DNA from: Leptolyngbyaceae cyanobacterium
GTDB taxonomy: Bacteria; Cyanobacteriota; Cyanobacteriia; Phormidesmidales; Phormidesmidaceae
DNA: 64,000 nucleotides
Assembly: GCA_050331235.1 (NCBI GenBank)
Contig: JBHJHA010000012.1
Location: 1 to 64,000, forward strand
Direction: 5' to 3'
The translations under genes and the position numbers were made by a program. This document shows positions 20,116 through 29,861 of the stretch, one piece after another (the stretch's first letter is position 1; each line of letters starts with the position of its first letter). Under the pieces are notes generated by a model. The model was not told where the DNA came from, did not search any database, and saw nothing but the letters and a program-made list of their open reading frames with translations.

Positions 20116-20178
20116 AGGTTAAAATCGAGCCGTCCAAAGACTAAGGGAGGTTTTTGAAAAGATTAAATGCTAGTTAAA
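20116..20178 (-). promoter_or_regulatory. Pho-box (SphR/PhoB-type) array upstream of pstS
   Basis: TTTAACTA (20178-20171), TTTAATCT (20167-20160), CTTAGTCT (20145-20138), TTTAACCT (20123-20116), all in 11-bp register; consensus YTTAAYYW. Confidence 0.75.
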
Positions 20179-20458
20179 AATATAAAAATACAGCGTTTGG
20201 GAACCTTGAAACGACCCAGTGCGTCTATCGGTCGTTGGCAACAGGTAATTTACTATATATTTTCTAATTTAGATTAGCTCTTAACTTACTTTCTAGAGTT
20301 CAAAAACTAGCCTGCAATGCTATTCTGCCTTGCACTGCCCTGCAACTGCTGACGGGTTCGCCCGACCGTTAAAAGTTCTGCATAGGCCAGCGCTAAATGA
20401 TGGTCCACCAGAAACTTTACAGATAGATTGCCCAGGTGAAGTTCAAAGGAGGATCGCT

Positions 20459-20484
20459 CTCTAGCGTGCGATCGCACGCTAGAG
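20459..20484. repeat. Perfect 26-bp palindrome centred on HIP1, downstream of the desaturase
   Basis: CTCTAGCGTGCGATCGCACGCTAGAG. Confidence 0.85.
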
Positions 20485-20516
20485 CAAAATACCGGCACCC
20501 TACGCTAGAGACAGCA

Positions 20517-21377
20517 TCACCGACTCTGACGGTCGAGACGATGGGACATCGGAATCTTTTTGACCTTCGTGGCTAATCCTAGCCGTTGGAGTAAGCGAAT
20601 AGTCATCCAGGTGATGTCAATCTCCCACCAATACCAGCCGGTTTGCGCTGATCGCGGAAATGTATGGTGGTTATTGTGCCAGCCCTCGCCATAGGTGAGC
20701 AAGGAAACCCACCAGAGGTTCCGCGCATTATCCTCAGCATTAAAGTTACGATAACCCCAGCAGTGGGTGGCTGAGTTGACAAACCAAGTGGAATGCCATA
20801 GCAATACGACCCGGCCAAACACGCCATAGAGGACAAAAGGCCAGCCCCCTAGCACATACAGTAAAATCGCAAGTGGTACTTGCAATAAAATGAAGAATCG
20901 ATCAAGCCAGCGATAGTATGCCTCCCGAGCTAAGTCAGGTGCATATTTTGAATATTTTTCAAAGACAAATGAGTCCTCTTGGGGTCTCAAAATCCACATT
21001 ATGTGGCTCCACCAAAATCCCCGCTTTGCTGAGTAAGGGTCTCGTTCGGGGTCTTCTGTAAACGCGTGATGCTGCCGATGGCCCCCTACCCAAAAGATCG
21101 GGCCGCCTTGAGCTGCGAGAGCTCCGATGGTCGTGGCGATGTATTCTAACCAGCGGGGCACTCGAAAGCTGCGGTGGCTGAGCAGACGGTGGTATCCCAA
21201 GCAGATGCCGATACTCCCGAACAGCCAGTGTAATAGCAGCATGATCCCCAAGGCTGACCAGGAAAAAAAGAATGGGGTCAAGAGGGCGATCGCATGCACG
21301 ATGCCAAAAAAAGTAATCACGCCCCAGTCAAGTTTGGCTTGATATTGCGGGGACGTTGAGAGTCGAGTTGAAGTCAT
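20517..21377 (-). CDS. desC: Delta-9 acyl-lipid desaturase (DesC family)
   Basis: His boxes HRLLSH, HRQHH, HNNHH; GEGW. Confidence 0.88.
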   Translation of the reverse strand: MTSTRLSTSPQYQAKLDWGVITFFGIVHAIALLTPFFFSWSALGIMLLLHWLFGSIGICLGYHRLLSHRSFRVPRWLEYIATTIGALAAQGGPIFWVGGHRQHHAFTEDPERDPYSAKRGFWWSHIMWILRPQEDSFVFEKYSKYAPDLAREAYYRWLDRFFILLQVPLAILLYVLGGWPFVLYGVFGRVVLLWHSTWFVNSATHCWGYRNFNAEDNARNLWWVSLLTYGEGWHNNHHTFPRSAQTGWYWWEIDITWMTIRLLQRLGLATKVKKIPMSHRLDRQSR

Positions 21378-21429
21378 TGTTAAAGAAATACGCGAGTCTT
21401 GAATTTCAGCAACGACCTGCTATCGTAAA

Positions 21430-21444
21430 GCAAGTGTCACTTGC
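21430..21444. promoter_or_regulatory. Palindromic operator 1 (putative TetR site)
   Basis: GCAAGTG-T-CACTTGC next to a TACGAT -10-like hexamer facing desC. Confidence 0.7.
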
Positions 21445-21512
21445 ACGAAGTTAGCGTAGCGACTTTTTGCTCTAAGTGCAAGGGCTAAATAGCGTTGATA
21501 ATTTCCTTTACT

Positions 21513-21527
21513 GCAAGTTTCACTTGC
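21513..21527. promoter_or_regulatory. Palindromic operator 2 (putative TetR site)
   Basis: GCAAGTT-T-CACTTGC, 8 nt before the TetR ATG; 14/15 identical to operator 1. Confidence 0.7.
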
Positions 21528-21535
21528 TAGGCTAT

Positions 21536-22723
21536 ATGGCGACTTCTTCCCGAGATCGACTCATCCAAGCAGCTTTGACCCTCTTTTTGTCACAAGGGGT
21601 CAGCCAAACCACGACCCGGCAAATTGCCGACTTGGCCGCAGTCAATGAGGTGACGCTGTTCCGCAACTTCGGTAATAAATATGGTTTATTGCAGGCAGTC
21701 ATTCAGACTGCACCGACGTTTCGCAATCTTGGCGAGGGGTTGATGGAGCAAGTTATCGCCACCAGCGATCGCCAGCAAGCGCTATATACCTATGCCAGCG
21801 AATGTCTCGCTGCTCTGGAACAATCCCCTGCTTTTGTGCGATCGCTGATCGGTGAAGCTGACCAGTTTCCAGCCGAGAACCGTCGAGCTTTAGGGCAAAG
21901 AATTGAGGAGGCGAGCTGCTATGTGGCTCGCTATCTGAAACAAACGATGCCCACAGATACGTTTCCGGCAGAGCGATTATCCGGTTATCTTGGTGCCTTG
22001 CTAGTGGGCTATGTTGTAATTGAATCCTCCAGCGATGACCACCATTTGTGGACAAATCGAGAAAACTTTTTGCAGGGGCTGGTAACGCTACTTCTGGGGG
22101 GAACGATGCCCCTCCAATCGCCTCAGACCTGTCTGACGCCGGAGATTGATGAAACCGTTCAAGATATACCGGCCCCCATCGTTCATGAAATGTTGCAACG
22201 AGCCAAAGCCCTCGGACCCCAGGATTATGCTCTGGCTTACGTGCTGTTTGGCGCGGGCCTGACCTTGAGTGAACTGGTTAGCCTGATGCGATCGCATCAC
22301 CTCAGTACTAAAACTCAACAAACATTGCAGGTTAGAGAGCGTCAAGTGGCGATCAACCAATGGATTTTGGGCAAGCGGTACGGCTCGTACACTAGCAATC
22401 CGCTAACTAAGTGGCTCAAGAGCCGCAAAGACCATAGCCCTTACCTGTTCATGACAGAGACTGACGCATCGTCTCCCTTGGCGATTGCCGACCTCGAGCA
22501 ACGGTGGTCAGCTTGGACAGGCGATATCGACTTGCCCACAGCAATTGTCCCCTCCCAAGCCAAACAAACCTGGTGTGTTGAGATGTTGACCCGGGGAATG
22601 GATGTGGATAACCTCAGCATCCTATCGGGTCTTACGTCTAACCAGTTGGCCCCATATATTCAAAGGGCTCGGGAAAAAGAAGCGCTAGAGCAGGCTCGAC
22701 TGCTCGACCAGAAGCAGACATGA
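21536..22723 (+). CDS. TetR/AcrR regulator fused to a tyrosine-recombinase-like C-terminal domain
   Basis: HTH TTRQIADLAAVNEVTLFRNFGNK; C-terminal LFGAGLTLSELVSL and QTWCVEMLTRGMD..LSGL..LAPY. Confidence 0.85.
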   Translation: MATSSRDRLIQAALTLFLSQGVSQTTTRQIADLAAVNEVTLFRNFGNKYGLLQAVIQTAPTFRNLGEGLMEQVIATSDRQQALYTYASECLAALEQSPAFVRSLIGEADQFPAENRRALGQRIEEASCYVARYLKQTMPTDTFPAERLSGYLGALLVGYVVIESSSDDHHLWTNRENFLQGLVTLLLGGTMPLQSPQTCLTPEIDETVQDIPAPIVHEMLQRAKALGPQDYALAYVLFGAGLTLSELVSLMRSHHLSTKTQQTLQVRERQVAINQWILGKRYGSYTSNPLTKWLKSRKDHSPYLFMTETDASSPLAIADLEQRWSAWTGDIDLPTAIVPSQAKQTWCVEMLTRGMDVDNLSILSGLTSNQLAPYIQRAREKEALEQARLLDQKQT

Positions 22724-22796
22724 CCGCCCGATGAAAGTGATATCCCAACGGCAGCCCAGTGCCCTGGCAACGTGCTGTTGCCTCAATCAGTTAAGA

Positions 22797-23267
22797 TCAT
22801 TTGCCAAATCGCTTGAGCCAGTTTTGGGCAAAGGCCACATTGAGGATTGCAGCGCTGACCCCAAAAAATAACAAACTTTCACCACAGGCTGCCAGAAAGG
22901 GCCAAAAGTGCTGAGCGATTGCCGATCCAGCATCAACTTGCGCCAAGCCCCGCACCAATGTAAAAGCAGCCACGACGCCAGCTTTGAGCTGCACGTTATC
23001 ATCCTGACGAATGGCATAGCGGTAGGTCAGCGCAAATAGACTGCCCGACAGGGCGACAATGAGCCAGTTGATCAGCAACGTTAGCCCCAACAAACTGGTC
23101 CAGAGATGGACAAAGTTCATCGCTATAGGCATCTCAGTGCGGCGGTGGATCAGGATTAACCCGAGACTGATCACACCCGTCGCTAGGCCTCCTGTGATTG
23201 CGACTTTTGCAGATTCCAGCCGCTCAGCAGACGAAAAGGAAGAATCGGACATCGGATAAATCGCCAT
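22797..23267 (-). CDS. Hypothetical membrane protein
   Basis: Several hydrophobic segments; LFALTYRYAIRQDDN..LKAGVV. Confidence 0.75.
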   Translation of the reverse strand: MAIYPMSDSSFSSAERLESAKVAITGGLATGVISLGLILIHRRTEMPIAMNFVHLWTSLLGLTLLINWLIVALSGSLFALTYRYAIRQDDNVQLKAGVVAAFTLVRGLAQVDAGSAIAQHFWPFLAACGESLLFFGVSAAILNVAFAQNWLKRFGK

Positions 23268-23331
23268 GTATGCAGGGGTAGCTTTGTCCTATGATGGTTG
23301 ATGCACTGTGAATTTTTGCTTTAAAACATCT

Positions 23332-23421
23332 ATGGATATTTTGACGCTGGGTTGGGTTTCGCTATTGGTTATTTTCACTTTCTCACTTTCAATGGTGGTT
23401 TGGGGGCGTAACGGCTTCTGA
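23332..23421 (+). CDS. petN: Cytochrome b6f subunit VIII
   Basis: Below the ORF-track cutoff; translates to [29 protein letters not shown]. Confidence 0.97.
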   Translation: MDILTLGWVSLLVIFTFSLSMVVWGRNGF

Positions 23422-23459
23422 AACACCGAAATTTGAGACGTGGTTGTAACTGATTTTGC

Positions 23460-23651
23460 ATGATGGAGATAGCGCTCGAAAACCAGGCTTTCTCGATTTT
23501 GGCTATATTAGCCGTAGTGCTAATGGTTATCGTGACAGGCGGAGTGGTTTATCTCACGGCTGCTGAATGGCGCGATCGCCGCCGTCGTAAGCGCGATCAG
23601 GAGGCGATCGCGCCGACCCCTACGAACCGCCGAAAGAACAAAAGTAAATAG
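23460..23651 (+). CDS. Small single-TM hypothetical protein
   Basis: TM ending VTGGVVYLT then basic EWRDRRRRK; directly after petN. Confidence 0.7.
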   Translation: MMEIALENQAFSILAILAVVLMVIVTGGVVYLTAAEWRDRRRRKRDQEAIAPTPTNRRKNKSK

Positions 23652-23671
23652 CTCTTACTTGCACCGAGTTT

Positions 23672-25039
23672 GTGACTACATCATCTCAATCATCTGTGCC
23701 TTCGCCAGCCAGACGGCTGGCATTTGACGCTTTAAAGGAAATTCATCGCGGTGGCTATGCCGATGTGGTGCTGCATCGACGGCTGGCCAAAGTCAAGCTC
23801 AGCTCAGTTGATCGGGCTTTCGCCACTGAGCTAGTCTATGGCACGGTGCGGCGACAGCGCACCCTTGACGCCCTGATCGATCAATTGGGTAAAAAAACTG
23901 CCCAGCAGCAACCTGTTGATTTACGGGTCATCCTGCATTTAGGGCTCTATCAACTGAGATTTTTGACTCAGGTGCCCGAGTCGGCGGCTGTGAACACCAG
24001 TGTCGAGCTAGCCAAGACAGTTGGCAAGGCCAAGCTCTCTGGAGTGGTCAATGGCATTCTCAGGCAGTACATTCGTCTTCAGCAGCAGGGGCAAGATCCC
24101 TTACAGCTACCGAGCGATCGCACTCAAGCATTGGCGATAAAGCACAGCTATCCGGATTGGCTCATTGCCCTTTGGCTAGATGAGTTAAGTGAGGCCGAAA
24201 CCATTGCCCTTTGTGAATGGTTCAACCGACCGCCAGCGATTGATATTCGGGTTAATCCACTGCAGCTATCGCGAGATGACTTGCAGCGCAGATGGGCGGA
24301 CGCCGGTATTGCGGCTGAACCACTCCCCTATTTGCCCCAAGCTTTACGTCTGCCCCAGGCGGCAGGCTCCATCCAGGCCCTACCCGGATTTGCCGAAGGA
24401 TGGTGGACCGTTCAAGATGCCAGCGCCCAATTAGTCAGCTCCCTAGTCAACCCGCAACCAGGACAGCTCGTGGTGGATGCCTGCGCCGCCCCCGGCGGTA
24501 AAACAACACACCTGGCCGAACTGATGGAAAATCAGGGATTGATCTGGGCTTGCGATCGCACTGCCTCGCGCCTCAAAAAAGTCTCTCAAAATATTCAACG
24601 GCTGGGGCTAACTTGCATCCAAACCTGTACCGGCGATAGTACAGCCATCACCAAATTTGAAACTGAAGGCGATCGCGTATTAGTGGATGCGCCCTGCTCA
24701 GGTCTCGGTACACTACATCGTCACGCCGATGCGCGCTGGCGGCAGACTCCGGAGTCTGTCGCTGAGTTGGCGACTCTACAGCAGCAACTGTTAAATCGGG
24801 CGGCGACATGGGTCAGACCTGGGGGCCAGCTAGTCTACGCCACCTGTACCTTACATCCCGCAGAAAATGAAGCTGTGATTCAGCAATTTCTTACGGAGCA
24901 TCCCCAGTGGCGCATCGCGGCTCCAGCCGAGCACGAACCTGCCGCTGCCTTTGCTTCGTCCCAGGGATGGATCCGTATTTGGCCCCACCAGCAGAATATG
25001 GATGGCTTTTTCATGGCTCGCTTGGAACGCATTCCCTAA
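23672..25039 (+). CDS. rsmB: 16S rRNA m5C967 methyltransferase
   Basis: NusB-like N-terminus, VQD, DACAAPGGKT, DAPCSG, YATCT. Confidence 0.95.
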   Translation: MTTSSQSSVPSPARRLAFDALKEIHRGGYADVVLHRRLAKVKLSSVDRAFATELVYGTVRRQRTLDALIDQLGKKTAQQQPVDLRVILHLGLYQLRFLTQVPESAAVNTSVELAKTVGKAKLSGVVNGILRQYIRLQQQGQDPLQLPSDRTQALAIKHSYPDWLIALWLDELSEAETIALCEWFNRPPAIDIRVNPLQLSRDDLQRRWADAGIAAEPLPYLPQALRLPQAAGSIQALPGFAEGWWTVQDASAQLVSSLVNPQPGQLVVDACAAPGGKTTHLAELMENQGLIWACDRTASRLKKVSQNIQRLGLTCIQTCTGDSTAITKFETEGDRVLVDAPCSGLGTLHRHADARWRQTPESVAELATLQQQLLNRAATWVRPGGQLVYATCTLHPAENEAVIQQFLTEHPQWRIAAPAEHEPAAAFASSQGWIRIWPHQQNMDGFFMARLERIP

Positions 25040-25281
25040 GCTGCCATTTCGAGGGGCGTAGCCATCAAGCGATGTTCTAAGTAAGCGTAAAGTCCTTCGC
25101 TAGCTTCAAAATGAATTTGCAGGCGATCACCCGCTTGTTCGGCGGCGATAATATCGGCTCGATAGTGAGGATCAACTAAAAAGTTGAGCCAGTCAGCGAC
25201 CTCTAGCAGGGGCACTTGCAAACAACCGAGACGTAAGCCATCAACGATATTAATTTGAAAGGTAACTAGAGGGGATGTCAT
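25036..25281 (-). CDS. Hypothetical protein (81 aa)
   Basis: GGAGGAG RBS just before ATG 25281; globular-looking sequence. Confidence 0.7.
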   Translation of the reverse strand: MTSPLVTFQINIVDGLRLGCLQVPLLEVADWLNFLVDPHYRADIIAAEQAGDRLQIHFEASEGLYAYLEHRLMATPLEMAA

Positions 25282-25297
25282 TGCTCCTCCATGAAGT

Positions 25298-25311
25298 AGT
25301 ACAAAAGAACT
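25298..25311. promoter_or_regulatory. Putative cyanobacterial LexA box
   Basis: AGTTC-TTT-TGTACT (minus strand), one mismatch to AGTAC-WNW-TGTACT. Confidence 0.5.
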
Positions 25312-25458
25312 GTATTTAGTATCCATAAGCTTACTCAATTACGCAAGGCGATCGCGCAACCTGTTACAGTCAAGCCAAATTCTCACCCTGGTCAAGGGGC
25401 TCAGCCCCTTGCCTGAGGCAAGCCTTAACCGTATGATCGCTGGCGGCTCATCACACAT

Positions 25459-26817
25459 ATGTCTATGACTGCATCGCTATTAAATTTGACACCCTCGCCG
25501 CCCCACCAGCAGCTCGCCATTACTGTGCCGGCCAACGGTATAGCCCTCAGCGGCAAAATCCGGGTTCCTGGCGATAAGTCAATTTCCCATCGGGCCTTGA
25601 TGCTCGGGGCGATCGCTCAAGGGGAAACCCGGATACAAGGCCTCTTGCTAGGAGAAGATCCCCGCAGTACGGCCAAATGTTTTCAGGCGATGGGAGTTGT
25701 CATCGACGACCTCGAAGCCGAGTGGGTTTCGGTTCGTGGTGTGGGTCTAGGGAACTTGCAAGAACCCACGGAGGTTTTGGATGCAGGTAACTCAGGGACG
25801 ACCCTACGGTTGATGTTAGGGCTATTGGCCTCTCACCCCGAGCGGTTCTTTGTGGTGACGGGCGACAGTTCTTTGCGATCGCGGCCGATGGGACGCGTGA
25901 TTAAGCCACTAACTCAGATGGGCGCCACCATCTGGGGCCGCCGGCAAAACGCTCTTGCCCCCTTAGCTGTTCAGGGGCAGGCGCTCAAGCCCACTCACTA
26001 TCACTCCCCCATTGCCTCCGCCCAGGTGAAATCCTGTGTGCTGTTAGCCGGGCTCTTGACCGCAGGGTCTACCACCGTAACCGAGCCTAGCTTGTCACGC
26101 GACCATAGCGAACGCATGCTACAGGCGTTTGGGGCTGATTTGACGGTTGATCAAACGGCGTGCACAGTGACCGTTAACGGCCCTGCAACGCTAACCGGAC
26201 AAACGGTAATTGTGCCTGGCGACATTAGCTCAGCCGCGTTTTGGTTGGTTGGGGCGGCGATCACCCCTGGCTCCGACCTGATCATTGAGAATGTCGGCGT
26301 TAATCCCACCCGGACTGGCATTTTAGAAGCGCTACGGGCGATGAATGCCGACATTACTTTAGAAAACGAGCGGCTGGTGACCGGCGAACCCGTGGCTGAT
26401 TTGCATGTTCGCTATGGCCCATTGACGGGGGCCACCTTTAGCAGTGATCTGATCCCTCGCATGATTGACGAAATTCCGATCTTGGCGGTGGCTGCATTGT
26501 TTGCCCAAGGCCAAACGACGATCAAGGATGCTGCCGAACTGCGCGTTAAAGAGAGCGATCGCTTGGCAGCCATGGCCACCGAGCTTAATCGTCTGGGAGC
26601 GAACATCCAGGAGCTGGCTGACGGTTTGGAAATTTCTGGAGGGCAGTCGGAGCTACAGGGGACAGAGGTTGATAGCTTTACGGATCATCGTGTGGGAATG
26701 AGCTTAGCGATCGCAGCCTTGAGAGCCCGGGGTACGACAATTATCAATCGAGCAGAAGCAGCGGCTATTTCTTACCCCTCTTTTTTGGAGACCCTCGAGC
26801 AAGTTTGTGTCCGCTGA
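25459..26817 (+). CDS. aroA: EPSP synthase
   Basis: [38 protein letters not shown]. Confidence 0.97.
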   Translation: MSMTASLLNLTPSPPHQQLAITVPANGIALSGKIRVPGDKSISHRALMLGAIAQGETRIQGLLLGEDPRSTAKCFQAMGVVIDDLEAEWVSVRGVGLGNLQEPTEVLDAGNSGTTLRLMLGLLASHPERFFVVTGDSSLRSRPMGRVIKPLTQMGATIWGRRQNALAPLAVQGQALKPTHYHSPIASAQVKSCVLLAGLLTAGSTTVTEPSLSRDHSERMLQAFGADLTVDQTACTVTVNGPATLTGQTVIVPGDISSAAFWLVGAAITPGSDLIIENVGVNPTRTGILEALRAMNADITLENERLVTGEPVADLHVRYGPLTGATFSSDLIPRMIDEIPILAVAALFAQGQTTIKDAAELRVKESDRLAAMATELNRLGANIQELADGLEISGGQSELQGTEVDSFTDHRVGMSLAIAALRARGTTIINRAEAAAISYPSFLETLEQVCVR

Positions 26818-27350
26818 TGGTGTCTGGCAGACTCAACTTAGTGCGGACTTTTCTCCGCTAATGGTGCCGCTAGCCGGCATCGGGGTTGGTCATTAACCGC
26901 CGGCAAAGTTCCGAGCGCGAACGTCAAGCTGGAATCCACAGCTATCGACAGCTATCGGTAACTACAAGCTTGCCAGCATCCTCCCCCAGAGGACCGAGCA
27001 TGGCCATAGTTTAGTCATATCGACCATACTGGCGTTCCAAGGCTCTTTTGGAAGCTTTCTATTAGCATTTTTACTGAGGTGCTTACCGCATTAATCTACC
27101 GCTAGTGCAAATCCTGTCCCTTTGGCTTGTGATCCCAGTTTAGGTGCTGTTTCAAGCTGCCTTTCTATTAGCGATTCAGGGGCTCAACCAGGGTCCTAGG
27201 CCCGTCTATGTCTAAATCAAGGGCATTGAGAACGGGAAAAATAGTGGCAACAGTCATTTGCTGTGTATCAAGGGAAACATAGGATTAGATTTCAACCGTA
27301 ATATTACGGCTCCGTGAGTAATCACTACACGTGCAGTTTGTCTGATTTTT

Positions 27351-29051
27351 ATGCGAAAGATACTGATCATCGAGGCAGAAGGAAATATCCGGCAGTCTCA
27401 CCAAGCTCTGCTTAAGCAAGAAGGCTACGAGACTATTGTGACTGCGGAGAGCTACGCAGCTCTAGACATCATCCGTAAGCAGTATCCCGATCTGATTCTC
27501 TGTGGCTTAGAGATGAGCGGCGGTGACAACTTTGAGCTGCTGCAATATCTCCAGCATCAGCCGGAGTTGCTCTCCATCCCTATCATTTTGCTCACCCACA
27601 TCCGCAATGATTTACGGTGGCGACAGTGCATTGCCTTAGGGGCAGACGATTGCCTCATTGCCCCCTTTTCAGACCGTGACTTGATTGACGCGATCGCGGT
27701 GCGTCTACGCAAGCAAGATGCCCTGACCAATCGATACAATACCTTGATGCGCCATACCGCCGAACGGCTCAACCGGCTGTCGCGCTACGACATTTTGACC
27801 GAGCTACCCAACTATCAACTCCTGCGGCAGCGCTTGCAACAGGCGGTGCGGCGAGCATCGAAAGGCAAGCAACAGGTTGCCCTGCTCACCCTCAGTCTTG
27901 ACCGCCTGCGCCAGGTTAACAATACCCTTGGCTATGCCGCTGGAGATGCCTTGCTAATGGCGGCCGCGCGGCGACTGACGGGGATTTTGCCCCGCTCTAC
28001 AGCGGTCGCTCGCCTGACCGCTAATCAATTTGCCATCATCATTCCAGCGCCCTCGAGTCGGGCCGCGATCGCCACAATTGTCGAAGAAATTTTTACCAGT
28101 CTCGGTCATTCTTTTTCGCTGCCAGGGCAACAGGTTTTTGCCACTGCCAGCGTCGGGATTGCGATCTTTCCTGAAGATGCGGATGAGATTAGCGTGCTGC
28201 TGCGACAGGCTGATGCTGCCTTAGAGTTTGCGAAAGCGCAAAAGAGTCATTCCTATCGATTTTATAGTCCTGACTTGCCTATCGTATCGGGGGACGAGCT
28301 CCAGGTTGAAACGTGGCTGCGGTATGCCTTAGAACGCAATGAGTTTGAAGTCTGGTATCAGCCTAAATACAGTCTGCACCAAGCTCGGGTGGTCGGAGCC
28401 GAGGCGCTTATCCGCTGGCAGCATCCCGATTCTGGCTATATTTCCCCCGGCAAATTTATTCCCCTTGCGGAGGAAACTGGACTCATTGTCCCCATTGGTG
28501 ACTGGGTGCTGCAAACCGTTTGTGAGCAGGCGGCCCGATGGCTCAGGTCAGGTCAGTCGCAAGTGGCGATCGCGGTTAATCTATCGAGCGTGCAGCTCAA
28601 TCAGGCCAAACTCGCCCAGCGCATTGCCAGTATTCTTACGGCGACCCAGCTACCGCCAGCGCAATTGGAGCTAGAGGTCACCGAAACGGCATTGATGCAA
28701 AATATCGAGTCGGCGATCGCGCTTTTACATGAGCTCAAAGACCTGGGCGTCAGAATCGCGATCGATGACTTTGGCACCGGGTATGCTTCGCTGAGCTATC
28801 TTAAGCGACTCCCCCTGGATATTCTCAAAATTGACACCTCCTTCGTGCGGAACATTCAGCAAGATGTAACGAATCAGGCCATTCTCAAACACGTCATCGC
28901 CATGGCCCACGACCTTAATCTCAAGGTTGTTGCCGAGGGCATTGAGTTTGAGCCTGAGATCGAAACGTTAAAAGCATTCGGCTGTGACATCATTCAAGGA
29001 TATTGGGTTGGGCAACCCATGATTGCCGAAGAATTTGTGCAGCGGATTTAA
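27351..29051 (+). CDS. REC-GGDEF-EAL protein (degenerate GGDEF, intact EAL)
   Basis: RLTANQF replaces GGDEF; EALIRW, DDFGTGY, LKID, AEGIE, QGY present. Confidence 0.9.
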   Translation: MRKILIIEAEGNIRQSHQALLKQEGYETIVTAESYAALDIIRKQYPDLILCGLEMSGGDNFELLQYLQHQPELLSIPIILLTHIRNDLRWRQCIALGADDCLIAPFSDRDLIDAIAVRLRKQDALTNRYNTLMRHTAERLNRLSRYDILTELPNYQLLRQRLQQAVRRASKGKQQVALLTLSLDRLRQVNNTLGYAAGDALLMAAARRLTGILPRSTAVARLTANQFAIIIPAPSSRAAIATIVEEIFTSLGHSFSLPGQQVFATASVGIAIFPEDADEISVLLRQADAALEFAKAQKSHSYRFYSPDLPIVSGDELQVETWLRYALERNEFEVWYQPKYSLHQARVVGAEALIRWQHPDSGYISPGKFIPLAEETGLIVPIGDWVLQTVCEQAARWLRSGQSQVAIAVNLSSVQLNQAKLAQRIASILTATQLPPAQLELEVTETALMQNIESAIALLHELKDLGVRIAIDDFGTGYASLSYLKRLPLDILKIDTSFVRNIQQDVTNQAILKHVIAMAHDLNLKVVAEGIEFEPEIETLKAFGCDIIQGYWVGQPMIAEEFVQRI

Positions 29052-29210
29052 TCCTGGTCAGTTCCCCACGGGAGGGAGCGAGCCCCCAAGGGGCGGACAT
29101 CTCTAGCGCAATCCACGGGGAACGGAGCCTTGGCGATCACTCAAACAGATTAGACACAGCATTCAGTACGCGATCGCGTCGCGCCCAGCGATTAGCTCAC
29201 GGAGGATGAT

Positions 29211-29861
29211 ATGCGGACTTGGGCAAAAGTCAGCCTTGGACTATGGAGCGGGCTCACCGCTTGGGGATGGCTCTGGTATTGGCCCTTTGTCTCTGGTCAC
29301 CTCTGGGGGTGGCATGCCCTAGCTTGGTTGTATGGTCAGCTAGTGTGGATCAGCGTCTTCGGGCTTTTCGCGATCGCGGCATCCCTGCCGATCATCGGCT
29401 TAGCCTTTGGGGTGTTGGGCCTGATTAGCCAGCATCGAGCCTGGCGACCGACAGCCCGACGTGGGGCAAAAATTCTTGTCGTTAGTCTTCTGATTGAACT
29501 GATGGCAATCATGCTGCTGTTGCCGCCCCTGTTCTCCAACTATTGGCCCCAGACTCGACTCGCGATCGCTCCTTGGCAACAGACGTTTCACACTATCTAT
29601 GTGGGCTTCACCTTTGATGACAACTACGGTGACCTGATGCTCCTGCGTTGCCACCGATTGGGCCTGTGTCACCAGGTCTATCGTCGTTACACTGATACGG
29701 GCTCAGCCGAGCAGGCCACCCTGCAAATGAATGCCGATAAAACAGCCATAGGCCTCAGGCTAGAAGGACAATGGGTTTATGTCACTTCACAGACAGCGCC
29801 CCTGTGTGATGCCGCCCGCCCAGCAGGAATTGACTATGGCAAGTGCACTTTAGAGCCTTAG
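29211..29861 (+). CDS. Hypothetical membrane protein
   Basis: About three TM segments followed by a Cys-containing soluble region. Confidence 0.65.
   Translation: MRTWAKVSLGLWSGLTAWGWLWYWPFVSGHLWGWHALAWLYGQLVWISVFGLFAIAASLPIIGLAFGVLGLISQHRAWRPTARRGAKILVVSLLIELMAIMLLLPPLFSNYWPQTRLAIAPWQQTFHTIYVGFTFDDNYGDLMLLRCHRLGLCHQVYRRYTDTGSAEQATLQMNADKTAIGLRLEGQWVYVTSQTAPLCDAARPAGIDYGKCTLEP

Noticed and set aside
21536..22723. Active integrase marking a prophage or island
   Set aside because: Catalytic Arg/His residues are missing, it is fused to TetR, and no att repeats or cargo genes are seen.
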